A stretch of DNA of 32,000 nt from Opitutales bacterium. Its GTDB lineage: Bacteria > Verrucomicrobiota > Verrucomicrobiia > Opitutales > Coraliomargaritaceae. The translations under genes and the position numbers were made by a program. This document shows positions 1 to 11,057 of the stretch, piece by piece. Where the stretch lies: the NCBI GenBank assembly GCA_049606355.1, contig JBMYVL010000004.1, forward strand, positions 90,001 to 122,000. The letters run 5' to 3'. The notes below the pieces were generated by a model, which was given only the letters and a program-made list of their open reading frames with translations, ran no database searches and was not told the origin of the DNA. The number at the start of each line of letters is the position of its first letter. The stretch's first letter is position 1.

Positions 1-948
1 AAGGTCATTACCAATGCCCTCGTTGTGTTTCTGAATATCACTCAGTTTGTCTTCGAGGTAGGGGCGTAGGACTTTAATTTGTTTGAAGCGCTCCAGGAGG
101 GCTGCATCTGCAAACTGAATGCTGCTGAGGTCAATCTGTAGTGCGCGCTTGATACGACGACCACCAGAGTCACTCATGCCGCGCCAGTTTTTAAATGAGT
201 CGGTGATCAGTCCATACGTAGGGATGGTCGTAATGGTGTTATCCCAATTCTGCACCTTCACTGTGGTGAGTGAAACATCAATGACATCGCCATCCGCGCC
301 ACGACCTGGCATTTCAATCCAGTCCCCAACCATAACCATATGGTTGATTGAAAGTTGAAACCCGGCGACTAGACCGAGGATGGCATCCTTGAAAATTAAT
401 AACAGGATAGCGGTGATGGCGCCAAGGCCCGAGAAGAATACCAATGGGGACTTTCCGAGCAGCGCGGATAAGATAAAAATCAGCCCGATGAGATTGATGA
501 CCAGTTTAGCCGCTTGGGTGAAGCTTTTGGCCGGATAGCGTTTGCCGATTTCACCGTCCTCCCAGACTGCACGCAGAAAGTTCAGAAATGCATCAATGAC
601 TAGCAGTGCAATGATGATAATATAGGTGTTAACAAAGGTACTTAAGGCCGCCACTGCATTCGTCTGTTGCGCAAACAGTAGGGGGGCGTAAAAATGAATG
701 ACTGCGACGGGCACAATATGCGAACAGCGTACCAGCACTTTGTGTTGAATCAGTCGGTCGTCCCATTGAACGCGACTTTTTTCGATGAGCGGGTGAATGA
801 TGGTTCGGATAATCGCTTTAGCTAAGCAGTTCGCCAACAGGGCCAGAGTAATCAGAAAGATGCAGGCACAAACGATACCCAGCGTTTGTGCGATCGACTC
901 AGTAAGCCCAAGTTGTTGGAGCCAAATAGAGAAAGTAGCTGTGGTCAT
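1..948 (-). CDS. Mechanosensitive ion channel family protein (MscS superfamily, YbdG-like); C-terminus cut by window edge
   Basis: Absent from the ORF track because there is no stop inside the window. Hand translation of the minus strand from the ATG at 946-948 stays open to base 1 (316 codons): MTTATFSIWLQQLG...GLGAITAILLLIFKDAILGLVAGFQLSINHMVMVGDWIEMPGRGADGDVIDVSLTTVKVQNWDNTITTIPTYGLITDSFKNWRGMSDSGGRRIKR. This is the pore-helix plus beta-domain signature of MscS-family channels. Confidence 0.85.
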   Translation of the reverse strand, partial: MTTATFSIWLQQLGLTESIAQTLGIVCACIFLITLALLANCLAKAIIRTIIHPLIEKSRVQWDDRLIQHKVLVRCSHIVPVAVIHFYAPLLFAQQTNAVAALSTFVNTYIIIIALLVIDAFLNFLRAVWEDGEIGKRYPAKSFTQAAKLVINLIGLIFILSALLGKSPLVFFSGLGAITAILLLIFKDAILGLVAGFQLSINHMVMVGDWIEMPGRGADGDVIDVSLTTVKVQNWDNTITTIPTYGLITDSFKNWRGMSDSGGRRIKRALQIDLSSIQFADAALLERFKQIKVLRPYLEDKLSDIQKHNEGIGNDL

Positions 949-1073
949 AGAGTACCAATGGGTGTTTCGAGCATAGATGACAATGCTAGACCTTCGCTGC
1001 CTGAAGCCTCTGTATTCGCTGCAGTCGATGTGTTCTTGCTCTGGCGGCTTGAAGTGTCAGTTTGTCATTTAAT

Positions 1074-1805
1074 ATGCGTCTACTTTTCGCGCTTCCCCTT
1101 GCCCTCTATCTATCTGGCGTCTTGTCTGCGCAGTCCGAACGCAGCGAGCTTTGGTGGACTCTGGAGCAATTCAGTCAAACCTACGGCTACAGTCGTGATC
1201 AAGCGGACTTAAAAACAGTCCTGATCGAGGGTCAGTTGATCCAGGAAGGTCAAGCGTATGAATTTACGCTTCGCAAGCGGCGGCCGGACTCGATTCGCTA
1301 TACATTAGCTCGGTTGGAGCACTCCATCACTATCGGCTTCGATGGCGTTGAAGGTTGGCAGCGCATCACTACGGGAGATAAGGTTCAAGTGCGAACCCTG
1401 AACAAACAGGAAGTAGCGATGTTAACCGAGGAGGCTGATTTTGAGGGGCCTTTATTGCGCCACTTGAGGAATTTCAGCGACCGGATTCACTTGCGCGGCA
1501 ACGAACGAGTGGATGGCGAATTAGCTCGTATCGTGGAAATCGACCAAAGGGATGGCAGCAAGCGTCGTTATTTTTTAAGCGAAAGCCGTAATTTAGTTTT
1601 GAGGTACGAACTGTTGAACGCGGCGGGAGCCTGCCTGCTGCAAACCAACTACCGTGACTATCGCTGGATCGAAACGTTTCCCTTTGCCTTTGAGGTCGAG
1701 AATCGAGTCGATGCGCAGTTGATTTCGACGGTAAAAGTCGAACGGGTCCAGGTAAACAAGGATCAAGGCTTACTGAGCATTTATTTCAAAAAGCCTCGTG
1801 GCTAA
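1074..1805 (+). CDS. Hypothetical exported protein (possibly a LolA-like lipoprotein-sorting fold)
   Basis: The track ORF is 1062..1805 with a TTG start. I prefer the in-frame ATG at 1074, which gives MRLLFALPLALYLSGVLSAQ, a typical Sec signal peptide. No catalytic motif is recognised, and the fold assignment is only a guess from beta-rich composition. Confidence 0.5.
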   Translation: MRLLFALPLALYLSGVLSAQSERSELWWTLEQFSQTYGYSRDQADLKTVLIEGQLIQEGQAYEFTLRKRRPDSIRYTLARLEHSITIGFDGVEGWQRITTGDKVQVRTLNKQEVAMLTEEADFEGPLLRHLRNFSDRIHLRGNERVDGELARIVEIDQRDGSKRRYFLSESRNLVLRYELLNAAGACLLQTNYRDYRWIETFPFAFEVENRVDAQLISTVKVERVQVNKDQGLLSIYFKKPRG

Positions 1806-2494
1806 TTTTGAGAGATTGCATCGTCATCTAAATCACCGCGCAGTTGCCGCTCGAGTTTGAGGCGCTCCAACTCTTCCTTTAAAAAGCTTTGAAAACGTTC
1901 GTAGCGGGGGAGTATGCCCCTCGTTTCCAAGAGTTCTTGTTTGAAGTCGGATTGTGGGCAGACTGTCGCGATGGCGAGGTCGAGAACATTTTCCGGTTCT
2001 CGAACACGGCTTAAAAACTGGAGCACTTCGTTGGGGATGGGCGCGCCTAAATTGATCTGGGCTTGGATTAAGCTCAGGATGTCGGGCTGGATCGTATCCA
2101 TCAGATCGAACGATCCACCGGGCTCGCTGAAGACTTGTCGGATGCGTGCCCGTCGAAATGGATTTTCACTGACAATCGCTTCAACGTGGACGCGAGCGAG
2201 CCCTTGTAAGATCAGGTTCGAGCTGCCGTCGGCGTTGGTTTGGCAGGCGCGAATCATGCCGATGCCTGCGACGGCGCGTGGTGTTTCCAATTCGCGGGCG
2301 GTTTCGGAGGACTCGTCCAGTGCGGCAACCACAAAGATGCGATCATGTGCTAAGACTTCCTTGAGCATTGCACGATAACGCGGCTCAAAGATGTAAAGCG
2401 GCATCATTGCCTGTGGAAAGAGCACCGCAGCGCTCAATGTCATCACTGGGACTTCGCTGGGAATCTGAATTTCTTGAGTTACGCTTGGATCCAT
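1802..2494 (-). CDS. Stand-alone LON substrate-binding (Lon N-terminal) domain protein
   Basis: 230 aa. PVMTLSAAVLFPQAMMPLYIFEPRYRAMLKEVL matches the Lon N-terminal domain signature (lfPL..l.LhIFEpRY). There is no AAA+ or protease domain. Confidence 0.8.
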   Translation of the reverse strand: MDPSVTQEIQIPSEVPVMTLSAAVLFPQAMMPLYIFEPRYRAMLKEVLAHDRIFVVAALDESSETARELETPRAVAGIGMIRACQTNADGSSNLILQGLARVHVEAIVSENPFRRARIRQVFSEPGGSFDLMDTIQPDILSLIQAQINLGAPIPNEVLQFLSRVREPENVLDLAIATVCPQSDFKQELLETRGILPRYERFQSFLKEELERLKLERQLRGDLDDDAISQN

Positions 2495-2760
2495 GCGTCG
2501 GGATGCAGTTTCGATGGTTCCGGATCGGGATGTTCTGCATAGTACACAGCCATTCGAAAATAGCGAATTCGATCGGGTGGAAGGGATTCGGCTTTACTCA
2601 GCGCTTCCTCAAAGAGGACTTCAGGCGCTCGCCCCTGTAGCTCATAAATATCCTGTATGCCAATATCGATTAGGTTGCGCGCAGTCGCAACATCCATCCG
2701 CGGAATCCGCATCAGCGATGAATTCAGCGCCTCATAATCAACTTTTTTCTTCTTTTGCAT
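2479..2760 (-). CDS. Small helix-hairpin-helix protein (Cdd1 / 'pathogenicity locus' PF11731-like)
   Basis: The track ORF is 2479..2871. I prefer the internal ATG at 2758-2760 (MQKKKKVDYE...). LMRIPRMDVATARNLIDIGIQDIYELQGRAPEVLFEE...DRIRYFRMAVYYA resembles the HhH Cdd1 family from memory. It overlaps the downstream Lon-N gene by 16 nt. Confidence 0.55.
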   Translation of the reverse strand: MQKKKKVDYEALNSSLMRIPRMDVATARNLIDIGIQDIYELQGRAPEVLFEEALSKAESLPPDRIRYFRMAVYYAEHPDPEPSKLHPDAWIQA

Positions 2761-2954
2761 GGGTTCGCCCAACACTGGTAGGCAGGCTCGCGGGAATTGC
2801 AACCCATTCGCTGCGCGACCGACGACATCGTGCGCAGTTTGTTGCGGTCCACGGGGCGAGAGGTGTGACAATAGAGTACTTGCTTGAGGGCAGCTGAGAC
2901 AAAAGCTGAGTCACAGTGTCTCAGTTGTGGGCGACGCAAGCATCCCTAGCTTTT

Positions 2955-2984
2955 TTGTTAAATTTTTAATCCATTTACTATCAT
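2955..2984 (+). promoter_or_regulatory. Candidate sigma70-type promoter for dnaK
   Basis: TTGTTA (2955-2960), an 18-nt spacer, then TATCAT (2979-2984), about 50 nt upstream of the dnaK ATG in an AT-rich stretch. Pattern match only. Confidence 0.3.
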
Positions 2985-3035
2985 GTTCTTATGTATTTTA
3001 AGTGGGTGCGGCATCGGACTTGCTTATAAGTTGGC

Positions 3036-4976
3036 ATGAGTAAAATCATTGGTATCGACTTAGGCACAACGAATTCCTGCATGTCCGTTATGGAAGGTGG
3101 AGAACCCGTTGTGATTCCAAATTCAGAGGGTGCGCGTACAACACCGTCTATCGTTGCTTTCGCCAAGAACGGCGAGCGCCTAGTTGGGCAAGCGGCGAAG
3201 CGGCAGGCTGTCACGAATCCCAGTAACACGATCTTTTCCGCGAAGCGTTTGATCGGTCGGAAGTTCGACGAAGTTCAAGAGGAAGCTTCCAGCCTGCCGT
3301 ATAAGGTGGTCAAAGGCAAAAATGGTGATGCTTACATCGAAGCCGAAGTGGGCGGAAAGAACGAACAGTTTGCTCCAGAGCAAATTGCAGCGATCGTGCT
3401 GCAAAAGCTCAAAGCAGATGCGGAGGCGTATCTTGGGGAGAAGGTGACTGAGGCGGTCATTACTGTGCCTGCCTATTTCAACGATGCGCAGCGCCAGGCT
3501 ACGAAGGACGCGGGTCAAATTGCGGGACTCGACGTGAAACGAATCATTAACGAGCCGACGGCTGCGGCATTGGCTTACGGTTTAGATAAGGGTAACGATG
3601 AAGTTATTGCGGTCTATGACCTCGGTGGTGGCACCTTTGATATCTCGATTTTGGAAATCGGGGATGGCGTCTTTGAGGTCAAAGCGACCAATGGTGATAC
3701 TCACTTGGGTGGAGACAATTGGGATAGCGCCTTAATCGATTTTCTCATCGAAGAATTCCAGAAAGAACAAGGTATTGATCTGCGCAGTGATAAAATGGCG
3801 TTGCAACGCCTGAAAGAAGAGGGCGAGAAGGCCAAGATCGCACTCTCCTCGACTCAGAGCACGGATATAAACCTTCCGTTTATCACTGCTGATGCGTCGG
3901 GCCCGAAGCACTTGAACATAACGCTGACACGGGCGAAGTTGGAACAGATTTGTGATAGCCTCTACGAGCGCACCAAGGCACCGTTCAATGCTTGCTTGAA
4001 GGATTCGGGTCACTCCGCCTCAGAAATTGCCGAGTTGGTTCTGGTTGGTGGTATGACCCGCGCCCCCAAGGTGGTTGAGGTCGCTCAAGGGCTGGCTGGA
4101 AAAGCACCACACCAAGGTGTGAATCCAGATGAGGTGGTCGCCATCGGCGCTGCCATTCAAGGAGGCGTTTTGCAGGGGGATGTGCGCGACGTATTGTTGC
4201 TCGACGTGACTCCGCTGACGCTGGCCATCGAAACAGCCGGTGCCGTAGCCACGGCAATGATCGATCGCAACACTACGATCCCAACGAAGAAGAGTCAGAC
4301 CTTCTCAACCTATGCCGACAATCAAACCGCCGTGGACATTAAAGTTCTTCAGGGCGAACGCCCGATGGCAAAGGATAACAAAATGCTGGGGACCTTCCGC
4401 TTGGATGGCATCCCTGCCGCTGCCCGCGGCGTGCCGCAAATCGAAGTAACGTTTGATATCGACGCAAACGGCATACTGAACGTGAGTGCTAAAGATCAGG
4501 GCACGGGTAAGGAGCAAAATATCACGATCAGTGGCTCTTCTGGACTGGATAAAGATGAAGTCGAGAAACTGAAGCGGGAAGCTGAAGCGCATGCGGCTGA
4601 AGACGCCAAAATGAAAGAGGGGGTCGAGGCTCGCAACGAATTGGATAACATCATTTACCAATCGGAAAAACAGATTGGTGAAATGGGCGACAAAATCCCA
4701 GCTGATAAAAAGACGGAGTTAGAAGCTGCAATCGCTGAAGGGAAAGCCGTACTGGAAAACCAGGATGCGGATGCCGAAGCCCTCAAAGCGCCGAAAACGA
4801 AGATCATGGAAATCATGCAATCTTTCGCGCAGGATCTCTATGGTCAGGCAGGTGCAGAAGCTGGCTCTGGGGCAGACGCTGGTGCCGGCGCAGCAGATGC
4901 TGAACCGAAGCAGGCGGAAGGCGAAACCGTTGACGCTGATTTCGAAGTCGTGGACGACGAAAAAAGCAACAATTAA
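3036..4976 (+). CDS. dnaK: Molecular chaperone DnaK (Hsp70)
   Basis: 646 aa. [41 protein letters not shown] and an acidic C-terminal tail are canonical Hsp70 motifs. Confidence 0.98.
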   Translation: MSKIIGIDLGTTNSCMSVMEGGEPVVIPNSEGARTTPSIVAFAKNGERLVGQAAKRQAVTNPSNTIFSAKRLIGRKFDEVQEEASSLPYKVVKGKNGDAYIEAEVGGKNEQFAPEQIAAIVLQKLKADAEAYLGEKVTEAVITVPAYFNDAQRQATKDAGQIAGLDVKRIINEPTAAALAYGLDKGNDEVIAVYDLGGGTFDISILEIGDGVFEVKATNGDTHLGGDNWDSALIDFLIEEFQKEQGIDLRSDKMALQRLKEEGEKAKIALSSTQSTDINLPFITADASGPKHLNITLTRAKLEQICDSLYERTKAPFNACLKDSGHSASEIAELVLVGGMTRAPKVVEVAQGLAGKAPHQGVNPDEVVAIGAAIQGGVLQGDVRDVLLLDVTPLTLAIETAGAVATAMIDRNTTIPTKKSQTFSTYADNQTAVDIKVLQGERPMAKDNKMLGTFRLDGIPAAARGVPQIEVTFDIDANGILNVSAKDQGTGKEQNITISGSSGLDKDEVEKLKREAEAHAAEDAKMKEGVEARNELDNIIYQSEKQIGEMGDKIPADKKTELEAAIAEGKAVLENQDADAEALKAPKTKIMEIMQSFAQDLYGQAGAEAGSGADAGAGAADAEPKQAEGETVDADFEVVDDEKSNN

Positions 4977-5058
4977 CAATTATGCAGCGCGCTGGGCCTG
5001 TTCCTCGCGCGTGTCTTATTAACAAACAAAGAGTATTCATAAAACTAATACACAAGCT

Positions 5059-5334
5059 ATGAAAATAAAACCACTCGGTGAACGCGTTCTCGTAAAGCGC
5101 ATTGAAGAAGATGAACAAGTCCGCGGGGGAATCATTATTCCAGATTCCGCTAAGGAGAAATCGCAGGAGGCTGAAGTTGTCGCTCTCGGCACGGGTAAGG
5201 CTGATGATAAGCCTTTCTTTGTGAAGAAAGGTGACCGCGTCCTGATGCCTCAATATGGTGGCACTGCGGTTAAGCTCGATGGTGTTGAATACACAATCAT
5301 CGAGGAAGACAGCCTGCTCGGCGTTGTCGGCTAA
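5059..5334 (+). CDS. groES: Co-chaperonin GroES
   Basis: 91 aa. [34 protein letters not shown] is typical Cpn10, and the gene sits immediately upstream of groEL. Confidence 0.97.
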   Translation: MKIKPLGERVLVKRIEEDEQVRGGIIIPDSAKEKSQEAEVVALGTGKADDKPFFVKKGDRVLMPQYGGTAVKLDGVEYTIIEEDSLLGVVG

Positions 5335-7020
<1,686 letters not shown>

Positions 7021-7061
7021 TCCATCCGGATTGCACTGCTTCTTCAATTTCAAGCAACTAC

Positions 7062-7091
7062 AAAGCTCCCCGAACTCGGGGAGCTTTTTTT
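7062..7091 (+). terminator. Rho-independent terminator after groEL
   Basis: AAAGCTCCCCG-AACT-CGGGGAGCTTT forms an 11-bp perfect stem that runs directly into a T-run ending at 7091. Confidence 0.8.
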
Positions 7092-7445
7092 GTCTCTCGG
7101 AGACTGGAGTATCGGCATCCGGTTGCTTCCGATTCGAGCTGCTGCGAAGGCATTTCGAGTTGCCTTTGTCGCTCGAGCAGGCAAGGTAATTGTAACCCTG
7201 CGGTGTTCGAGCCATTTCGGAGTTCTGTCCTTTACTCTTTTGAACTCGGGAGCTTGACCCTCGTTAGTGGCTGTCCAGCCGTCAACCGGAAGACAAAAGC
7301 TAGCGGGAAAGCACCCACCTTGGAATTCAAAGGCCAAGGACTCCCCCTATACGGCACAGGTGGGGTTACTTATAGTTGTTTACCAACAACCATAGCGGCA
7401 CCTCAGCTGAGTCGAGTCTGCAGCAGCAGAGGTTTCGGGCATGAC

Positions 7446-8264
7446 TCAGTAATCTTTGGCGAGTTCGAGCGAGCGTGCTTTGGCTGCAGCCAGCGCTTGA
7501 TCGATAAGGTCGCGAAAACCAGAGTCGTTGAGGACCTCAAGCGCCGCGGCTGTCGTGCCACCTGGTGAGGTCACTGCATTTCGCAATGCTTCAGGACTTT
7601 CTTCTCCACTGGCGAGCAGCATGGCTGCGCCGAGAAGTGTATCGATAGACAGCGATGCGGCGAGTTCCGGACTCAAGCCACAATGAATACCTGCTTCTCT
7701 GAGAGCTGCGGCGAATTCAAAAACATATGCCGGACCGCTGCCGCTCAAGGCAGTGACTGCATCTAAGTCACTTTCTTCCACTTCGTGAAAATTCCCCAAA
7801 GCGCTCAATGTATTGTCGACGATTTGTTGATCTTTATCCGTGAGCTCGCGTAGTGGGGCGAACGCGGTAACACCGGCACCAATTTGGCCGGGGGTGTTTG
7901 GCATGGTGCGCACGATATTACGGGCTTTGTTAAATTTAGTGCCAAGACGTGACAATGGGGTACCTGCAAGGATGGATAGTACCAGTTTACCCGTGGCAGC
8001 ATCAGCTAGGCCTTGTTCGATTGCGTTGAATTGCTGGGGTTTGCAAGCCAGCACGATTGCCTCGCTCGAATACAGGGCAGGAGTAATGTCCGGCAAATAC
8101 TGGATTCCGGTTCTTTCGGCGAGTTGCGGACCTGTCGGGTCGTCTCCGCAGGTGCAGGCGATTTCAGCCGGGGCATAATGTTCTTTGTCAATGAGACCTT
8201 GGATGATGGCGGATGCCATGCGTCCTGCTCCGATAAATACGATCTTGGTGCTTGTCTGAGTCAT
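7446..8264 (-). CDS. proC: Pyrroline-5-carboxylate reductase
   Basis: 272 aa. It has an N-terminal Rossmann motif, IVFIGAGRMASAI, and the C-terminal SPGGTTAAALEVL motif typical of ProC. Confidence 0.93.
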   Translation of the reverse strand: MTQTSTKIVFIGAGRMASAIIQGLIDKEHYAPAEIACTCGDDPTGPQLAERTGIQYLPDITPALYSSEAIVLACKPQQFNAIEQGLADAATGKLVLSILAGTPLSRLGTKFNKARNIVRTMPNTPGQIGAGVTAFAPLRELTDKDQQIVDNTLSALGNFHEVEESDLDAVTALSGSGPAYVFEFAAALREAGIHCGLSPELAASLSIDTLLGAAMLLASGEESPEALRNAVTSPGGTTAAALEVLNDSGFRDLIDQALAAAKARSLELAKDY

Positions 8265-8282
8265 AGTGTCCGGCTGGAAATA

Positions 8283-9407
8283 TCAGTTTTGTTGAAGCGG
8301 GTGGGTCATAATGGCGGTTACACCGCCGTCTGCGTTTTCTTGCAAGTGCACATCACCACCGAGGTTACGCATCGTGTGGCGGGCGATTGTGAGCCCCATG
8401 CCGCGGCCAACCGCTGATTTAGTCGTGATAAAGGGTTCAAATAGGCTATCCTTAACGGATGCATCAATGCCACTGCCATGATCCGTAACTTTGATTTGTA
8501 GGTGGGTGTGTGGATCCGCAGATTCAGTGCTGACATTTACGTGAATGCTTCGGTCTGCTTCATGGCTTGCTTCTTCTGGATAACTTTCCAATGCATTGGC
8601 CAACAGCCTGACTAAGATCGTTTCAAATATTTCAGCATTCGCTGAGATTTTTGCATCGCTCTCCAATTCCGACCGAACCGTAATGTTTGCAGGCGTTGGC
8701 TGCTCGGCTTCGAAGCGCTCGATACTGCTTTCCACTAGGTCTGCAATTGGCAGTGTGCTCATCTCGAACTGTTTGTTGCCCGCAATCGAAGAGAGTTGGC
8801 GGATGATACCAACCATGCGAGTAACTGCGTGATCCATCGACCCCACACTGCGTTGGACCATGTCCGGACTGTCATAACCGTTTTTAATGAGATCTAAATA
8901 ACCGACAACCACGCCAAGTAGGTTGTTTAAGTTATGGGCGATCCCTTGAGTGATCGCACCGACTGCGGCGGCTTTGCGGGCGTCACCGAGACGCGCTTGC
9001 AGCCCTACGTTTTCACGGTAGATCTCCTTGAGCCGAAGTTGTGTGCGCACCCGCGCCAGTGTTTCTTCGAGATCGATGGGTTTAGTGATGTAATCCACTG
9101 CACCTGCCTCGAGTCCCTCTAGCTTACCCTTCTTTGAGGCATTCGCGGTGATAAAAATGATCGGGATCGCCTCGGTAGCGGCGTCTGCTTTAATTTGTTG
9201 GCAGGTTTCGATGCCATCCATTTCTGGCATCATGATGTCCAATAAAATGAGGTCGGGTTGTAAGGCCGCAACTTGGTCTAAGCATTCACGCCCATTGTAA
9301 GCGACGTAAACGTCCATATTCTGACGCTCGAGTTTGCGTTGCAGCAACTTGACGTTGATGGGTTGATCGTCGACGACCAGAATTTTAGGTTTCGCTGGCA
9401 GGCTCAA
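8283..9407 (-). CDS. Hybrid response-regulator receiver / histidine kinase (REC-DHp-HATPase, no sensor domain)
   Basis: 374 aa with a TTG start. REC: ILVVDDQ...LILLDIMMPEMDG...DYITKP. H-box: GIAHNLNNLLGVV. N-box: LLANALES. G-boxes: DHGSGI and GRGMGL. Confidence 0.85.
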   Translation of the reverse strand: MSLPAKPKILVVDDQPINVKLLQRKLERQNMDVYVAYNGRECLDQVAALQPDLILLDIMMPEMDGIETCQQIKADAATEAIPIIFITANASKKGKLEGLEAGAVDYITKPIDLEETLARVRTQLRLKEIYRENVGLQARLGDARKAAAVGAITQGIAHNLNNLLGVVVGYLDLIKNGYDSPDMVQRSVGSMDHAVTRMVGIIRQLSSIAGNKQFEMSTLPIADLVESSIERFEAEQPTPANITVRSELESDAKISANAEIFETILVRLLANALESYPEEASHEADRSIHVNVSTESADPHTHLQIKVTDHGSGIDASVKDSLFEPFITTKSAVGRGMGLTIARHTMRNLGGDVHLQENADGGVTAIMTHPLQQN

Positions 9408-9516
9408 GGGATAGAGAAATGGGGTGGCGGACGAATAAGATGGAATGTTTGATTGTGGTGCGACTGCGGCTTAACGGAAAGCTGAAGTCTAGAGAAAGAT
9501 CCGGCCCGTCGTCGAT

Positions 9517-10173
9517 TTAAAGATTTTTCACAGGTATCGCTTGTAGGTGCCTTTCGTCAACCACGACGGTACGAGCGAGCAGATCGTGGCCCATTTGTCG
9601 GCGGCGATTAAACCAGAGCGCCGCGAGCGCGACGAGTAAGCCGAGTGGAGGTATTAGGAAGAGGACGGCGGTTTTCAGTCCGCCACGGATGACACCGGTA
9701 ATAAAGGGTGGGGGCGCCAGAGTTACGGTGCTGACTGTGCGCAAGCGGCATGCGACTTTACCGACTGAACCGGCGAAGAAAGCTTCGCCCAATGCAAAAT
9801 ACAACCAGAAGATCAGTAGTTGTAGATCACTGGCGTAATTGAGTGCCTCAGCTAAGTTATGACTAGGGGCAGGTGGTGTACTGCGATCCGGTTGTTCCGA
9901 CGCAACCCATTCCAGCAATTGTTCGCCCCATTCCAGAAACTCAGGGAAAGCGCCCGGGTGTGACTGCGGTAGCAGAATCTTCCAGATCAAGACCGTTGCG
10001 ACGGCACTGATGAGAATGAAATCCAATAGAAAGGCGAGGGCGCGGATGCCGATGCGCGCAGGTGGCATCGGACCCGTATCGCTGAAGACCGCATTGAGAG
10101 GGTTATCGGCTGGCTTGGAGTTGGCTGTATTCAATGGCCCTGACTTCGGCGGCGGTGGTGAGGTATCACTCAT
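9517..10173 (-). CDS. RDD family membrane protein
   Basis: 218 aa. A Pro-rich N-terminus is followed by [24 protein letters not shown] and further TM segments, typical of the RDD domain. The ATGA start/stop overlaps folD by 4 nt. Confidence 0.7.
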   Translation of the reverse strand: MSDTSPPPPKSGPLNTANSKPADNPLNAVFSDTGPMPPARIGIRALAFLLDFILISAVATVLIWKILLPQSHPGAFPEFLEWGEQLLEWVASEQPDRSTPPAPSHNLAEALNYASDLQLLIFWLYFALGEAFFAGSVGKVACRLRTVSTVTLAPPPFITGVIRGGLKTAVLFLIPPLGLLVALAALWFNRRRQMGHDLLARTVVVDERHLQAIPVKNL

Positions 10174-11045
10174 TGAGCGCGAGCTGCTTTGAAGGCACGC
10201 AGGGTGTTATGCATCAGCATGGCAACAGTCATAGGACCGACTCCACCTGGGACGGGAGTGATCTGCGCAGCCTTAGGGCTGACTGCGTCGAAATCGACAT
10301 CTCCAACTAAGCGATAGCCACGTTGACGACTGGGGTCATCGACTCGGTTGATGCCAACATCAATGACGGCGACACCCTCTTTGACCATATCAGCAGTGAC
10401 GAAATTCGGGCGGCCAATTGCAGCGATGAGGATATCCGCCTGTCGTGTGAGGGCAGCCAAATCACTGGTGCGAGAGTGGCAGACCGTGACAGTTGCATTG
10501 CCCGGTACCGCTTTGCGCAGCATTAACAAAGCAGCAGGTTTACCCACAATTAAGCTGCGCCCGAGTACAACCACATGCTTGCCGGCAGTCTCAATGCCAC
10601 TGCGTTGAATTAATTCGACAATACCTGCAGGCGTACACGCAACAAACCCCGTCGCGTCTTCCTGGCATAATTTACCCATATTGACCGTACTGAAACCGTC
10701 GACGTCTTTATGCGGAGCGACGCGGTTGAAGGCTTCGGTTTCGTCGATGTGTTTGGGTAAGGGCGCTTGAATCAAAATGCCATTAACTGCGGGGTCTGCG
10801 TTGAGTGTATCGATTTGCTCAAACAGGGCTTCTTTTTGCACGTCTTCAGGCAGTAAAAGTAAGCGACTTTCGATGCCAATACGCTCCGCAGTCTTTTGTT
10901 TTTTGCGTACATAGGAAACGGATGCGGGATCATCGCCCACGCGTATGAAGGCGACGACTGGCTTCGCACCTTGAAGTGCACTGACTTCAGCGGTGAGTTC
11001 GTCGATGATGGATTCTGCTATGGCGTTGCCGTCGATTAGGTTCAT
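10170..11045 (-). CDS. folD: Bifunctional methylenetetrahydrofolate dehydrogenase / methenyl-THF cyclohydrolase
   Basis: 291 aa. It carries [31 protein letters not shown] and [15 protein letters not shown]. Confidence 0.95.
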   Translation of the reverse strand: MNLIDGNAIAESIIDELTAEVSALQGAKPVVAFIRVGDDPASVSYVRKKQKTAERIGIESRLLLLPEDVQKEALFEQIDTLNADPAVNGILIQAPLPKHIDETEAFNRVAPHKDVDGFSTVNMGKLCQEDATGFVACTPAGIVELIQRSGIETAGKHVVVLGRSLIVGKPAALLMLRKAVPGNATVTVCHSRTSDLAALTRQADILIAAIGRPNFVTADMVKEGVAVIDVGINRVDDPSRQRGYRLVGDVDFDAVSPKAAQITPVPGGVGPMTVAMLMHNTLRAFKAARAQ

Positions 11046-11057
11046 GGTTGTATAGGG

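Noticed and set aside
119-1212. Plus-strand ORFs 119..358 and 886..1212.
   Set aside because: 119..358 lies antisense within the clearly homologous MscS-family gene. 886..1212 lies partly antisense to that gene's 5' end and otherwise across the divergent promoter region and the start of the exported-protein gene. Their composition is not protein-like.
2479-2871. The long 130-aa form of the HhH ORF, and the 2724..2939 minus-strand ORF.
   Set aside because: The extra N-terminal 37 aa (MSHLSPRGPQQTAHDVVGRAANG...) show no family resemblance, whereas MQKKKK at 2760 starts right before the HhH core. The 71-aa ORF is an Arg/Cys-rich shadow frame.
2761-5058. CIRCE (HrcA operator), HAIR (HspR operator) and sigma32-type promoters upstream of dnaK and groES.
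   Set aside because: I found no match to TTAGCACTC-N9-GAGTGCTAA, CTTGAGT-N7-ACTCAAG, or CTTGAAA-N13-15-CCCCATNT by eye. I report only the absence.
7092-7445. Tested the orphan gap by eye on both strands for tmRNA, RNase P RNA, SRP/4.5S RNA, 6S RNA and tRNA.
   Set aside because: There is no GGGG...TCCACCA acceptor pairing, no T-arm (GGTTCGAnTCC with a flanking stem) and no alanine-rich tag ORF. The RNase P GGAAAGTCC motif is absent; only a loose GGACAGAACTCCG resemblance to the P4 3' strand is present, and it lies too close to the other candidate half. There is no SRP GGAAGGAAGCAGC. A 6S-like closing stem could not be built. The region is kept only as an unassigned structured region.
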